64,000 nucleotides of DNA from Eledone cirrhosa (lineage: Eukaryota): NCBI GenBank assembly GCA_964016885.1, contig OZ024740.1, positions 233,244,001-233,308,000 of the forward strand. The letters run 5' to 3'. The translations under genes were made by a program, and so were the position numbers. Below are positions 39,701 to 54,048 of this stretch, piece by piece. The first letter of the stretch is position 1, and each line of letters begins with the position of its first letter. Under the pieces are notes generated by a model. That model had not been told where the DNA came from and ran no database searches. It worked only from the letters and a program-made list of their open reading frames with translations.

Positions 39701-42488
39701 TCTCAATTGACGTTCATACAGGTCATTCCAGCGTTTCAATTGACATCCATACAGGTCATTCCAGCGTCTCAACTGACGTTCATACAGGTCATTCCAGCGT
39801 TACAATTGACATCCATACAAGTCATTCCAGCATCTCAATTGACGTCCATACAGGTTATTCCAGCGTCTCAATTTACGTTCATACAGGTCATTCCAGCGTC
39901 TCAATTGACGTTCATACAGGTCATTCCAGCGTCTCAATTGACGTTCATACAGGTCATTCCAACATCTCAATTGACGTTCATACAGGTCATTCCAGCGTCT
40001 CAACTGACGTTCATACAGGTCATTCCAGCGTCTCAACTGACGTTCATACAGGTCATTCCAGCGTCTCAATTGACGTTCATGCAGGTCATTCCAACATCTC
40101 AATTGACGTTCATACAGGTCATTCCAGCGTCTCAACTGACGTCCATACAGGTCATTCCAACATCTCAATTGACGTTCATACAGGTCATTCCAGCATCTCA
40201 ATTTACGTTCATACAGGTCATTCCAGCGTCTCAATTGACATCCATACAGGTCATTCCAACATCTCAATTGACGTTCATACAGGTCATTCCAGCATCTCAA
40301 TTTACGTTCATACAGGTCATTCCAGCGTCTCAACTGACGTCCATACAGGTCATTCCAACATCTCAATTGACGTTCATACAGGTCATTCCAACATCTCAAT
40401 TGACGTCCATACACGTCATTCCAACATCTCAATTGACGTCCATACAGGTCATTCCAGCATCTCAATTGACGTCCATACAGGTCATTCCAGCGTCTCAATT
40501 GACATCCATACAGGTCATTCCAGCGTCTCAATTGACATCCATACAGGTCATTCCAGCGTCTCAATTGACATCCATACAGGTCATTCCAGCATCTCAATTG
40601 ACGTCCATACAGGTCATTCCAGCGTCTCAATTTACGTTCATACAGGTCATTCCAGCGTCTCAATTGACGTTCATACAGGTCATTCCAACATCTCAATTGA
40701 CGTCCATACAGGTCATTCCAGCGTCTCAATTTACGTTCATACAGATCATTCCAGCGTCTCAATTGACGTTCATACAGGTCATTCCAGCGTCTCAATTGAC
40801 GTTCATACAGGTCATTCCAGCGTTTCAATTGACATCCATACAGGTCATTCCAGCATCTCAACTGACGTCCATACATGTCATTCCAGCGTCTCAACTGACG
40901 TTCATACAGGTCATTCCAGCGTTTCAATTGACATCCATACAGGTCATTCCAGCGTCTCAACTGACGTCCATACAGGTCATTCCAGCGTCTCAACTGACGT
41001 TCATACAGGTCATTCCAGCGTTTCAATTGACATCCATACAGGTCATTCCAGCGTCTCAATTGACGTCCATACAGGTTATTCCAGCGTCTCAATTTACGTT
41101 CATACAGGTCATTCCAGCGTCTCAATTGACGTCCATACAGGTTATTCCAGCGTCTCAATTTACGTTCATACAGGTCATTCCAGCGTCTCAATTGACGTTC
41201 ATACAGGTCATTCCAGCGTCTCAATTGACGTTCATACAGGTCATTCCAGCGTCTCAATTGACGTTCATACAGGTCATTCCAACATCTCAATTGACGTTCA
41301 TACAGGTCATTCCAGCGTCTCAATTTACGTTCATACAGGTCATTCCAGCGTCTCAATTGACGTTCATACAGGTCATTCCAGCGTCTCAATTGACGTTCAT
41401 ACAGGTCATTCCAACATCTCAATTGACGTTCATACAGGTCATTCCAGCGTCTCAACTGACGTTCATACAGGTCATTCCAGCGTCTCAACTGACGTTCATA
41501 CAGGTCATTCCAGCGTCTCAACTGACGTTCATACAGGTCATTCCAGCGTCTCAATTGACGTTCATGCAGGTCATTCCAACATCTCAATTTACGTTCATAC
41601 AGGTCATTCCAGCGTCTCAACTGACGTCCATACAGGTCATTCCAACATCTCAATTGACGTTCATACAGGTCATTCCAACATCTCAATTGACGTCCATACA
41701 CGTCATTCCAACATCTCAATTGACGTCCATACAGGTCATTCCAGCATCTCAATTGACGTCCATACAGGTCATTCCAGCGTTTCAATTGACATCCATACAG
41801 GTCATTCCAGCGTCTCAATTTACGTTCATACAGGTCATTCCAGCGTCTCAATTGACGTTCATACAGGTCATTCCAGCGTCTCAATTGACGTTCATACAGG
41901 TCATTCCAACATCTCAATTGACGTTCATACAGGTCATTCCAGCGTCTCAACTGACGTTCATACAGGTCATTCCAGCGTCTCAACTGACGTTCATACAGGT
42001 CATTCCAGCGTCTCAACTGACGTTCATACAGGTCATTCCAGCGTCTCAATTGACGTTCATACAGGTCATTCCAACATCTCAATTGACGTTCATACAGGTC
42101 ATTCCAGCGTCTCAACTGACGTCCATACAGGTCATTCCAGCGTCTCAATTGACATCCATACAGGTCATTCCAACCTCTCAATTGACGTTCATACAGGTCA
42201 TTCCAGCGTCTCAATTGACGTCCATACAGGTCATTCCAACATCTCAATTGACGTTCATACAGGTCATTCCAGCGTCTCAACTGACGTCCATACAGGTCAT
42301 TCCAACATCTCAATTGACGTTCATACAGGTCATTCCAACATCTCAATTGACGTCCATACAGGTTATTCCAACATCTCAATTGACGTCCATACAGGTCATT
42401 CCAGCGTCTCAACTGACGTCCATACAGGTCATTCCAGCGTCTCAATTGACGTTCATACAGGTTTTTCCAGTGTCTCAATTGACGTCCA
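36747..42488. repeat. 33-bp minisatellite, about 174 copies, with a 2508-bp (76-unit) higher-order duplication
   Basis: Unit tacaggtcattccagcgtctcaattgacgttca; rare variants recur 2508 bp apart (gttcaaacag at 37171 and 39679). Confidence 0.98.
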
Positions 42489-42784
42489 ATGACCTTCAAA
42501 ATCTCGATACTTTGCGTCAATGCGTACAGCGTGCAGTACCGATCACCGGACAAACATTCTGAATCTTGGTGAGATGCTATTCTATAATAAAGCGATCAAA
42601 CCACTGAAACTGAATACACTGCCCACTGAACATTGGACCCGTTTTTCTTGTTTTAATGCTTTCTAAACTCTTTCAACTACTCGGCTAACACAGCTTGGAA
42701 TTTTCAGTCTGCTGCCATTGTGATACATTTCTGACATATAGCTATAAATCTTGTAGTGCAGACCATCAGAGACAGGTGTATTGC

Positions 42785-42968
42785 GCCTCACACAACCAGG
42801 GGTAAACCATGTGCAGGAGGGTTATATAACATCTATGAGCTCGGCTGATCTCACTTGGGGATCCCGTCGGATGAATTAGAGACGGTTGCTTATGAAAAGG
42901 CTCGCTGGAAAGAGTGTTTGGGAACTCTGACCCCACGACCCTCTCGGGAGTAAATGAGCGAAGAAGAC
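42785..42968 (+). mobile_element. RTE (Expander-like) 3' fragment
   Basis: Homologous to 2885-3050. Confidence 0.65.
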
Positions 42969-43214
42969 TAATATTATGATTATTTGCGTGCGAACCCCCT
43001 CATTTCAAATTTCCCCAATACTTCTTAAATAAACCGCTTCCTCTACATTTCTGCCTAGCAGACATAAATGGTGACCAACGATTTTAAGCACACTGGTTAA
43101 TGCATTTACCAACCTACCAAGGGATGCAGGATTCGGTTCGTCGTGGGTTCCACTTTCCATCCGTCTCCTGTGTTAATTACCTCACTTTTCTCAGACGTAA
43201 CTTATGATTGTGTC

Positions 43215-43364
43215 TATTTTGGCACAAGGCCATCAATTACCGACCCCGTAAGGATGAAAGGCAAAGTTAAACTCGGCAGGATTTGAACTCATAACGTAAA
43301 GGGTCATTACTCTATGCTGCAAAGCATGGTGTCTGACGCTCTACTGATACTGCCAATTCACCAC
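43215..43364 (-). mobile_element. SINE with internal deletion
   Basis: Reverse complement of SINE core and head. Confidence 0.8.
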
Positions 43365-43407
43365 TGCTTGTAGTGATTGACAATTACTATGGTCATTTGC
43401 GTTGCAT

Positions 43408-43438
<31 letters not shown>

Positions 43439-43566
43439 CACACAATATCCACACAATACAATATAGTTAGCACCCCAAACGTTTAATTGGGAATATACTC
43501 AGGTATTTCCTAATGTTTGTTGAGCTAGTTGGAATTTGACCAGAGTATCACTTTTAGCTTTCTCCG

Positions 43567-43660
<94 letters not shown>

Positions 43661-44376
43661 TACATATATAAATACATTTACACATCCACCCATCTCTTAT
43701 TTCATCCACCCAGCCATGTATACATATGTACATGCTTGCGTATGTACATACATACATACATACGTACATACATACATACATACATACATACATACGCATA
43801 TACATATCTTAAATTACACATTGGTCAATTTGTTTTTCTTACAACATGCAAATACACGTTCTCATAAACAATTTCACGTACACAGACACATGCATGTAAA
43901 CACCAACACATAAATTCATGTATACTTACATACTTATGTGAAAGAATCTTTCTGAAAAATCTTTGGGTATGTTTATTTTTAAAATTGTCCCTTAACAAGT
44001 GTTCCATTTTATGAAGGTCGTATAACTGCACAAATTTTTCTCTGATTCTGTCACAAACCACTGCGACATACAAGGCCGATATTAGATACAGTAGGTGATT
44101 TTATGAAAATTCATTTTTTTATTTTATATTTTCGTATTACAAAATTGATTCACACAGGAAAAGCACCGTCCCTAAGCTCACAGACAGACCATTCCAGACT
44201 TTAGTTCTTGATTTGCAGAGCGTTCTTAATTTCTACACCAACTCACATTCTAATTTCTTCACATGCAAATTCAGAAAGAGAGTATTGTGTACTCACATAT
44301 ACATACTAGTGCATACATGCGCTATTAAACACACTAGTGTATACACATACACTTTTGTATACACACACACACACAC

Positions 44377-44455
<79 letters not shown>

Positions 44456-44541
44456 TATATATATAGAGAGAGAGAGAGATAAAGAGAAAGAGAGCATGTA
44501 TATGGACATTGAGCGTTGTATATATATATTAAAAGAGAGAG

Positions 44542-44611
<70 letters not shown>

Positions 44612-44890
44612 TTAATAATTTATCCCATTATTTATAAAATTTGAATATTACTATCTCGTACAGTCGATTGGGATAATCGATTGGGATAATCGGTAAAGCG
44701 CCGGACGAAATTCTTTACAGAATTTTTATTACAGATTTCTATATACTGAGCTCAAATTGCATCGAATTCAACTTTCCTCATTCAGGGTAGGATAAATGTA
44801 CCAGATAAATACTAAGGTCATTACCACCGACTTTCTACATTACCCAAATTGTTGGCCCTGTACCAACGTTAAACAGTATATTACTATATC

Positions 44891-44946
<56 letters not shown>

Positions 44947-45389
44947 TTAAGTTATACGGAGAGTTTAAACTCCGAGGCATAAAAAGCTGAGGGCTGTCGA
45001 TGTATTTTCCGTGGCTAACATTTGCACCGAAGATATGTCGTCAGTTCCAAAAAGCGTGGTTGGTTCTACACAACTTAAAACAAAACTGTGTGTGGATAGT
45101 TCAACATCGGTTCACTTTCTCACATTTCCGCCAGTCTTTTGCAGGCGCAGTCCGTAGGCGATGGGGATTGAAATGTCACATGAGACACCGCCATCCAGAG
45201 AGCTGAACTTTTGTTGGACATTCATACGTCGGATACTCGACGAGAGATTCCATCATATATATATATTTAATAATTTACTTGACACGTGTCCGTCCAAACG
45301 CAAATATCCATAAGCATGTTTTACACATTTATACAGAAAGTCTTCATCTTATGTGGCCACTTTCTTCTCCCAAATCCCTCACATTTTCA

Positions 45390-45522
45390 ATAACAACGTA
45401 CGTTCAAGACTCATAAAAAACAACGTACGTTCAAGACTCATCAAAAACAACGTACGTTCAAGACTCATCAAAAACAACGTACGTTCAAGACTCATAAAAA
45501 ACAACGTACGTTCAAGACTCAT
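45390..45522. repeat. 27-bp tandem repeat, 5 copies
   Basis: Unit aacaacgtacgttcaagactcat(a/c)aaa. Confidence 0.95.
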
Positions 45523-45559
45523 ATATGAACGTCGATGATTTTCAAGAGGCATAACGTTA

Positions 45560-46350
45560 TTTTGCTTCATCTTCCGAGTTTCAGATTGCGTCTTTGAAAC
45601 TTTTCTCAAATGTAGCCTGAAATGAGCCCTCTGCAATGAGGCACTTCTCATGCAGCTTGTCCTCTTGTATGAATCTAGTGATTACAGTATCATCATCACC
45701 AAACCAGTTTCGGTATTGTGTCTTCTTAAGAACTAGTACATCGACCCCAGCATTTTAAACATGTGTTTTGAACTGATCTTAATTTCCATAAAATATAGTA
45801 TTGCCAGGTGCATTAATAAGAACACCTTCCATTTCTAAACTTTTCAGTTTAGGTAGATATATTCGCTTCGGCTGTTTGACACCCGCTAGCCTCACTTTTC
45901 TTCTAAACTGCATTTTCATGTTGCCACGTACAGATTTGTGGTCTGTACCACATTCTTCACCACACATTATCCTTAGTGAAAAAATATCCTGGAGGTCTCT
46001 CTTTCTGATGATGATATAACAAGATGCAGATTTGTTTACACTTAGATCTTGGGCGTATTCATGTTGCTTTGAGGATATCCTTTTGGTGGAAGAAAGTATT
46101 GCATGCGACTATTAAACTCAGTGCATAGTTTCAATAGAAGAAAGTCATTGTATTCTTGCCCATGACACAACGTCCTAATGTATTATAGTCAGTTCTCAGG
46201 TGTCCATTGAAATCTGAAAGCAGCATGATCATATCCTCATTTCTAATCGATGATATAATGTCTCGTAAATTTTGGTAAATGACAATGATGAAACGTTCCC
46301 TTGATAGAGGAATTCTCAAATGCATAATTCGATCACAAATGTTATCGAGG
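45560..46350 (-). mobile_element. Decayed RTE-type LINE endonuclease-region fragment
   Basis: DMIMLLSDFNGHL, ACNTFF, GTDHKSVR APE-like motifs. Confidence 0.65.
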
Positions 46351-46379
46351 GTCTGCTGAAACGATTAAAGGCTGACCAC

Positions 46380-47520
46380 GATACTCTCATGGAATGAGAC
46401 CAAATGAGGTTTATTTTTTAATATAGTCCCTCTTCCGCTCCACAAACTTCTTCCATCGATTTTGCAGTGCTTGGATCCCATTGGAGAAGAAGCTTTCATT
46501 CTGTTGGTAAAATAATTTATTAGCAGCAGATATGACGATATCATCACTGCGAAACTTGTTCACAGCCAAATGTTATTTCCTGTTGAGAAACAGATAATAG
46601 TCAGATGGGGCCAAATCATGATAACTGGGAAAGATATCAACCAAATCAAAGCTACAGTCAGGCACTACAGCCATGGAATCCAAATACATCTGTGCTAGAG
46701 GATTGTACTGATGAAACAAGATCCCTTTCTTCAGTTTTCCCGAGCATTTGTCCTTGATAGCCTTTCGTAGCTGTTGGCAGAGTACTCTCTATTGATGGTG
46801 TGGCCCTTTTGGTGTGGCCAATAAACACAATGCCATTTGCATCGCAAAAGAATGAGACCATCATATTCCCTGCAGATGAAACCACCTTAGCCTTCTTTGG
46901 AGCATGTGAAGGGGATGTTTCTACTGCATGGATTGTCTCTGTCGCTGGCTCAAAGTGATAAATCCCCTATTCTTCCTGAGTTAGAAAGCTTTCAAGGAAA
47001 CCAATTGGATCTGCCCCATACCATGTCAGATTTTAGCGTGATGTGATCAGCCTTGTGCGTTTTTCATCATGTGTCAGAAGATGTGGCATCCACCGAGCAG
47101 AAACCTCACTCATGTCAAGTTCTTTGTACAGAATAATCTCAAATCTCTCACAAGATATGCTAATAGGAGTGGCTATTTGATTTACAGTCAATCAAATGCC
47201 ATACATCACCATGTCGTGAAGACGATCAGCGCTTTCCTCGGTTGTTGCTGTTGAAGGACGTCCAAGTATTGGGCCATCTTCGAGATTCTCCCTTCCCCTC
47301 CTAATTTCAGCTGCCTAGTTTTGCACTATTGATAAAGCTGGAGTGTCATCCCCTAATGTAGCAACTAGATCAGCATGAATGTCCTTGGGGGCTAAACTCC
47401 TTTTTTGTTGGGATTTGATAACACTGCGATGCTAAATTTTGTCAATTTTCAAGAAAATTACTACTAGTTACATCTGAAGATTTCTTTGAACAGTGAGATA
47501 TAAGTTTACCTGAAAAGAAA
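46380..47520 (-). mobile_element. Decayed mariner transposon
   Basis: VSSAGNMMVSFFCDANGIVFI (KVMASVFWD-like), LAPSDYYL, and terminal RWKKFVE..GTILK remnants. Confidence 0.8.
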
Positions 47521-48100
47521 CAATTCAGTTATTAATGCCTACAGGTATGATAGAAGTCGGTTTCATATATATGAAATTTTAAAGTACCGACAGAAAGGAA
47601 GTATTATGATTGCTTTTAGGAACTAGTTCGTAAAATACCTTCTGTAACAGAAAAAACATCTGCTACCAGACAACAAATATAGTCAGTTAAGAATAAAGAG
47701 AAACAAGCTCAAATAGCTTCAGAACAAGACCCGAAGTAGTAAAAGATCTGTTTTTAGTTTTGAAGGAACAAATAATTATAAAAAGGTAAAAAGGTAGTTC
47801 TATGAATATTGGAAAAAGGCAATAAAACTATTACAAAGTCAAAATATGAAGTAATAATAGGATTAATGAATATAAGGGAGAAAAACCCTAATATAACAAA
47901 GGAGAGAAATGACCCAATCAAAATTAATTAACAAAAAAACGTTTTGAAGCACAGGAAACATAGTTTTGACCAAAACATTTTTATATGATAACTCAAGACC
48001 AAAGGTCTTCTACCAAAGATTGCTAAACATGGAATGAAAATTAGTACAGATGGTAGCTACCTGCTTAATATGGAGAAATAACGCATTATATTTTCTCTAG

Positions 48101-48206
<106 letters not shown>

Positions 48207-48339
48207 TTAGCTTCGCTTTTTTTCATTCATTGCCAGGGAACGTCTTCCCGAACCAAAGTATCGTCTTCCTGTTTTCCTTCGGTTGCAATGTTTTTCGAAA
48301 TATTTACTTCTGCGTTCACAGATTGATTTTTTTTAGTTT

Positions 48340-48402
48340 CAGAAGATCCCGTTAAGCGTGAAAGCACCGATTCTTAGCTTAAAATTTAATCTGTTATTTT
48401 AA
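48340..48402 (+). mobile_element. Fragment of the 60509-60656 family ending at (TA)n
   Basis: cagaagatcccgttaag.gtgaaagca.cgattctt.gcttaaa.tttaat.tgttattttaat shared. Confidence 0.7.
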
Positions 48403-49059
48403 TATATATATATATATATATATCAGAATGGAGGTGAAAAAACCAATTAGACCCTCACTTACCAGAGTACTCGACACTTGAGGCAGTAGAGTGGGTAACG
48501 TGAGGAGGAGGAGGCGGAGGAGGAGGATAATGGGGTTAAAGATGAGGAGGACTAAGTGTATAATACTGTTATTATTTATTTATTTATTATGTACAGAAAC
48601 ATTTTTTGTGTTTTTTTCTCTCCTAATATTGAAACATCGAACAAGTAAGGAAACAATATCGGTAGCTTAAGAGTTAAACTACAACAATCCGGTATTGTTT
48701 CCCTGTATAAAATCAATTTAGGATAGATAAACCGCAGCAATAACAACAAAAATATTAAGCAACAGTGACATTTAACGAAACAAGGAAATTAAATTAGAAG
48801 ACATGAACAAACTGATTATTCCAAATGCGTCGACCATGTTTCCTTATCATAAGAATATCAGTCATTCTACCTAACTTTATTTATATAGTGATAGTGATTC
48901 AAATGACCCTTATATTGAAGCACATGTTTAATTATTAAGTTTTCTCTTCTTCTGTTAGCTTAGTCACTCTCTGACCTTCATTTGTCGTTGTGGTTTCTTA
49001 CAATTTTAATTGTGGTTTATTCTTATTTTTCTTTTCAAATAAGAAAGCATTATAATTGT

Positions 49060-52000
49060 TTTGAACATAGACACACGGCCAGAAATTGTGCGGAGAGGGG
49101 TTAGTTAATTAAATTAATCATGGGAGGATGAAAGACAAAATTAGTTGAAGTCGGCGGAATTTGAACTATCAATATAAAGACCGGGAAAAAAACCAGCAAG
49201 GTATTCTGTTCGACATTCTACCGATTCTACCACTTATAAATATAACAATAATTGTTTCTACATTTGGTTCAAGGTAAGCAATTTGAAGGGAATGGGAAAG
49301 TCGATTAAATTGACCTCAGTAACCTACTGGTACTTTATTCTAGCGACCCCTTAAGGACAAAAAACAAAGCTAACACCGGTGGGCTTAGAATTCAGAACGT
49401 AAAGGGCCTTAACTCTATGCTGTAAACATGTTATCCGACGCTCGACCGATACTGTAATTCCACTGCCCTTGTATATAACATAATAATTGTTTCTACTATT
49501 GGGTCAAGGCCAGTAATTTATAGAGAAGGGGAAAGTCGAATAAATCGACACCAGTGCATTATTGGCCCTTTATTTTATTGACCTCGTAAGGATGTGAGGC
49601 AATGCTAACCTCGACGGAATTTGAATTCAGAACGTGCCAAAACTATATATCTCAAAGGATGTTGTCCGACGCTTCGTCAATACTGCCAATCAGGAAACAA
49701 TTGTCTCTACTTTAGGCACAAGACCAGCAATTACCCAGTGCATTACTGGTAAACAGGAAACAATTGTCTCTACTTTAGGCACAAGGCCAGAAATTACCCA
49801 GTGCATTACTGGTAAACAGGAAACAATTGTCTCTACTTTAGGCACAAGGCCAGCAATTATTCAGTGAATTACTGGTAAACAGGAAACAATTGTGTCTAGT
49901 TTAGGCACAAGGCCAGCAATTACCCAGTGCATTACTGGTAAACAGGAAATAATTGTCTCTACTTTAGGCACAAGGCCAGCAATTACCCAGTGCATTACTG
50001 GTAAACAGGAAATAATTATTTCTAGTTTAGGCACAAGGCCAGCAATTACCCAGTGCATTACTGGTAAACGGGAAATAATTGTTTCTAGTTTAGGCCTAAG
50101 GCCAGCAAATACCCAGTGCATTACTGGTACTTTATTTTATCGACCCCGTAAGGATGAAAGGCAAAGTCAACCTCGGCGGGATTTGAACTCAGATCGTAAA
50201 GGGACGTAACTATGCTGGAAATCATGGCGTCCGACCCTCTACCGGTACTGCCAATCCAGGAAATAATAACTGGAAGTTAATGTTCTGATTACGGTCAGTT
50301 TTCACTTCCTCTCATTTTCTGTTTCTTGAGTCATCTCTCCATCGATAGTGAAACATTCATTTGAATATATTCGCATCATCACACCTGCAAACGAGGTAGA
50401 ATACCAGTAATAAACTCGCCATGATAAAATAAATATTGATTTCTAATTTAGCCACAAGACTCACAAATCTGATGGAAGGGCATTGTTGATTAAAATTACT
50501 TGATTGGTATTTTACTTTATCGGCCCCGGATAGACGGAATGGCTGATTGAATAAATAGTAGTAAAATGACAGAGTACATGAATTATGCTTACAAGTGTCT
50601 CTCATTCGAATTCTTTGTTTACATAAATGAACGACCTTCACATGAATTAACAAGCATGTGGATTGGCAGTATCGGTAGAGGGTCGGACGCCATGCTTCCC
50701 AGCATAGTTACGTCCCTTTACGATCTGAGTTCAAATCCCGCCGAGGTTGACTTTGCCTTTCATCCTTACGGGGTCGATAAAATAAAGTACCAGTAATGCA
50801 CTGGGTAATTGCTGGCCTTGTGCCTAAAGTATAAACAATTATTACCTGGAATGAAGGGTGGTGGATTGGCAGTATCGATAGAGCGTTAGATACCATGCTT
50901 TGCGACATAGAGTTATGGCCCTTTACTTTCAGAGTTCAAATCCCACTTAGGTTAGCTTTGCCTTTCAACCTTACGGAGTCGATAAAATAAAGCACCAGTA
51001 ATGTACTGTAGAAATTGCTGGCCTCGTGCCAAAAGTAGAAACAATTATTACCTGGTTGTGGCACGAGCGATTTCTATGACACGGTATTAGGTGATGTGAT
51101 TGTTAATGATAATTTAAATGTCTTATTTTAGATGTCCATAAAGGATGATGTATTCGGTTGGGTTGGCCTTAATATGATGGATCCTGTATGTGGTTGCAAT
51201 ACTTGTTAGAAAAAGTAAGCAGATTCTTCTCAAACTACTCTCTACCAGCTGCATTATGAAGGGCACGTTGCATAATGCGGTCCTAGTTAAATTATGTGTA
51301 AATAAGATGGCATGATCATAGGCGGAATGCTTTGCTCATAAGTGTACTTAATCAGAGCTCTCCTGAGGCTAAACAACAACATTTGTATATCCAATTTCAT
51401 CGTCTTGTGTGATAATTATTAAGCTCATAATCATCAAATAATGACTCTGGTTGCATTCAGTACATACAAGATCTACCAGTCAAGGGGAGCTTGCATTTCC
51501 ATGGCCATCACTTCTATTCTGATGATTAAGTAATCAAATAAAATATAAAAGAAATATAACAGTATGTGATTAGTGTTTGATTCCTTTATGACAATAATTT
51601 CTAATATAGGCGCAAGGCCAACATATGTGTGATAGAGAGGACAATCAAATATATCTACACCACTTGACCACTGAATGAAGAAATGCAGAGGTGAACTCGG
51701 TGGAATTTAAACTCAAAATTTAATGAGCTGGAACAAATACTGCAAAGCATTTTGTTCAGCGTTTGGACGATTCTTCCGACCAACCGCCCTCCATTGCTTT
51801 ATAATTATTGTTTCTAACTCCGACAAGAAAGCAAGCAATTTTTCGAGGAGGAGAATCGATTAAATCGATCACAGTATTTTATTTACTAGTATTTAATTTA
51901 TCGACCCTGGAAGGATGAAAGGCAAGGTTTTTTACAGCAGGATTTGAACTCAGAAGGTTCTGAGCCGGCGCAAATGCTGGTTAACATTTGACCAACACTT

Positions 52001-52130
52001 TAATGACTCTCTAAATCCACTACCCTCCAATTGCTTTATAAGAATGGTTTCTAATTTAGATACAAGGGCCACAATTTGTGGTGAGGGCTAAGTAAATTAT
52101 ATCAATGCCAGTACTAGACTTGTATTTACA
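49060..52130. mobile_element. Dense SINE cluster in both orientations
   Basis: Multiple old and young SINE copies, e.g. 50069-50258 (-), 50658-51050 (+, tandem), 51590-52130 (-). Confidence 0.8.
49691..50128 (-). repeat. 63-bp tandem repeat (7 copies) derived from the SINE 3' tail
   Basis: caggaaacaattgtctctactttaggcacaaggccagcaattacccagtgcattactggtaaa, period 63; last copy continues into a full SINE. Confidence 0.92.
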
Positions 52131-53194
52131 GTAACATACATTTCATATCACCTTCATATTCCATGTTTTAGTTTTCGTATATTCACTCCATATTCCCTTA
52201 AGGCAAGTATTCTCATGTCAAACTTCTTCAAAGCAAACATCGTTATATATATTTTATTTCAGAGTTTCATAGCAAGAATGGTCGAATGAAAAATCTCCAC
52301 TGAGAAGTCTGCAATCCGTACCCAGTCAACGGTGACAAGTTGCTTTTCTGTGAGCAAGACAATCTAATTCTCATATGTCCCAGTACATTTTCCTTTAAAA
52401 TGCTACCATGTGGAAAGTAAATCTCACACTGCAAAACTGACAAATAATTTTAGTTTTCGGATCTGTGTTCAGTTTTTCACCTCACTAAATTGCAATAAAC
52501 TTAGGTACACCACTAATTTGCAATATTGAGTTCATATTTCTCACATGGGAAATATTTGAACGGGATGCGCTCCGCTAAACTGATTTATCCTTTGATATTC
52601 ACTATGTAAAGTCGCATTTAATGGCGACTCAACAAATCAATGTACTATGATGAAGAAAAAATAAAGATATCAGTGTTTATAAAACATTCCATTGTCTTCA
52701 GCTTTATTGAAAACATGCCAGCACATGATGTAATTCATAATGTATATTTCATTCTCAGCTTTACATATCAGACCTATATTCTTATCGCCAGACTTTGATA
52801 ACGACATGTCTCAGCAAGGCGTACTTTTCATATTATTTGAAAGCTATCAATTTCCATAATATTTCAGTATTAACCTCATTTTGGTTAAGTACACAGAACT
52901 CGATAAAGTATTCACTTCACGATTGATTTAAAAGTAGATGTGCTTCAAACTTTCAAGAAACGTTGGGTGAGATTTACAAACTCAAGTGCAATTATCTAAA
53001 CATTCTGATAAAGATAAGTTATAACATATGATTTTCTAATAATTTTTCATATCTTTTCTCAGTATCAAATGTGGAGCAGGAAATTCCTACTTTCATTGCT
53101 GCAGTTGTTGCTGTTGTTACTATTGTTGTGCTGTAATAGATAACAGTTTTTAGTGGACACCAATGAACAAAATATACATTCGTATATTGCAATT

Positions 53195-53508
53195 AGTAGA
53201 AGACCCCTTCCGTCTTGAATGACTATGGAATTTCCACTCCGAGGAACAAGTCAGGGCAAGGTTGTTGGTGGAAGACTAGCAGTCACCCTTGCATACCAGC
53301 CTCTCCTCTCCACGCCACCGATGCTGTCCAAAGGAAAGGCAATGGCCGATACAGCTTGGTACCAGTGACGTCGCAACTCATTTCTAGAGCTGCGTGAAAT
53401 AAATTGTTTTGCTCAAGAACACAACGCAAAGCCCTGTCCCAGAATCGAACTTACAACCTGTCGATTGTAAACCCGACGCTGTAACTACTCAGCCATGCAC
53501 TTACACAA
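53195..53508 (-). mobile_element. Second tRNA-derived SINE family
   Basis: Minus head tggctgagtagtta...agttcgattctgg then gttgtgttcttgagcaa core. Confidence 0.75.
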
Positions 53509-53858
53509 TTAGTATGATGATGTTTATTAAACTACTACATATAACTATGGTTAACATTTTGGTTGATATAATCATTACTTTCTAAAACAATGATAAATAT
53601 TTTATATTAGTCCGCCAAATCGTATAACTATTGAATTAGAATAAGTAATATGAATTTTGAAGTTCAGTTACACGCTTTCACCGACTTGAGTTGGATACAA
53701 TGTCTTTGAACTGTAATAATATTTCGGATCATTGCTTTGCATAGGAAATATCACCAGTGTTTGAATGATAATTTGTTCACCCCAGAATGATGAAAAGCAA
53801 TATTGACTTTAGAATTGAATACCCTAAGATAACGATTCTACCAATACATCACATTAAA

Positions 53859-54048
53859 TAATGATGATGGAGATGACGATGATGATGATAATGATGCTGC
53901 TGCTGCTGCTGCTGATGATGATGATGATGATCGTGGTGGTAATGATGATGATGATGATGATGATGATGGTGTGATGGTAATGATGGTGTGATGGTAATGA
54001 CGGTGATGATGAGGAGGATAATGATGATGATGATGATGATGATGATGG
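53859..54048. repeat. (GAT)n-rich compound microsatellite
   Basis: Direct reading. Confidence 0.95.

Noticed and set aside
36747-42488. CRISPR-like array (33-bp repeats)
   Set aside because: Units are contiguous with no unique spacers, there are no cas genes and the context is eukaryotic; it is a minisatellite
36620-42562. 1980-aa ORF as a confident CDS
   Set aside because: No ATG start, several frames are open at once, and openness follows from a stop-free 33-bp unit; kept only as a finding
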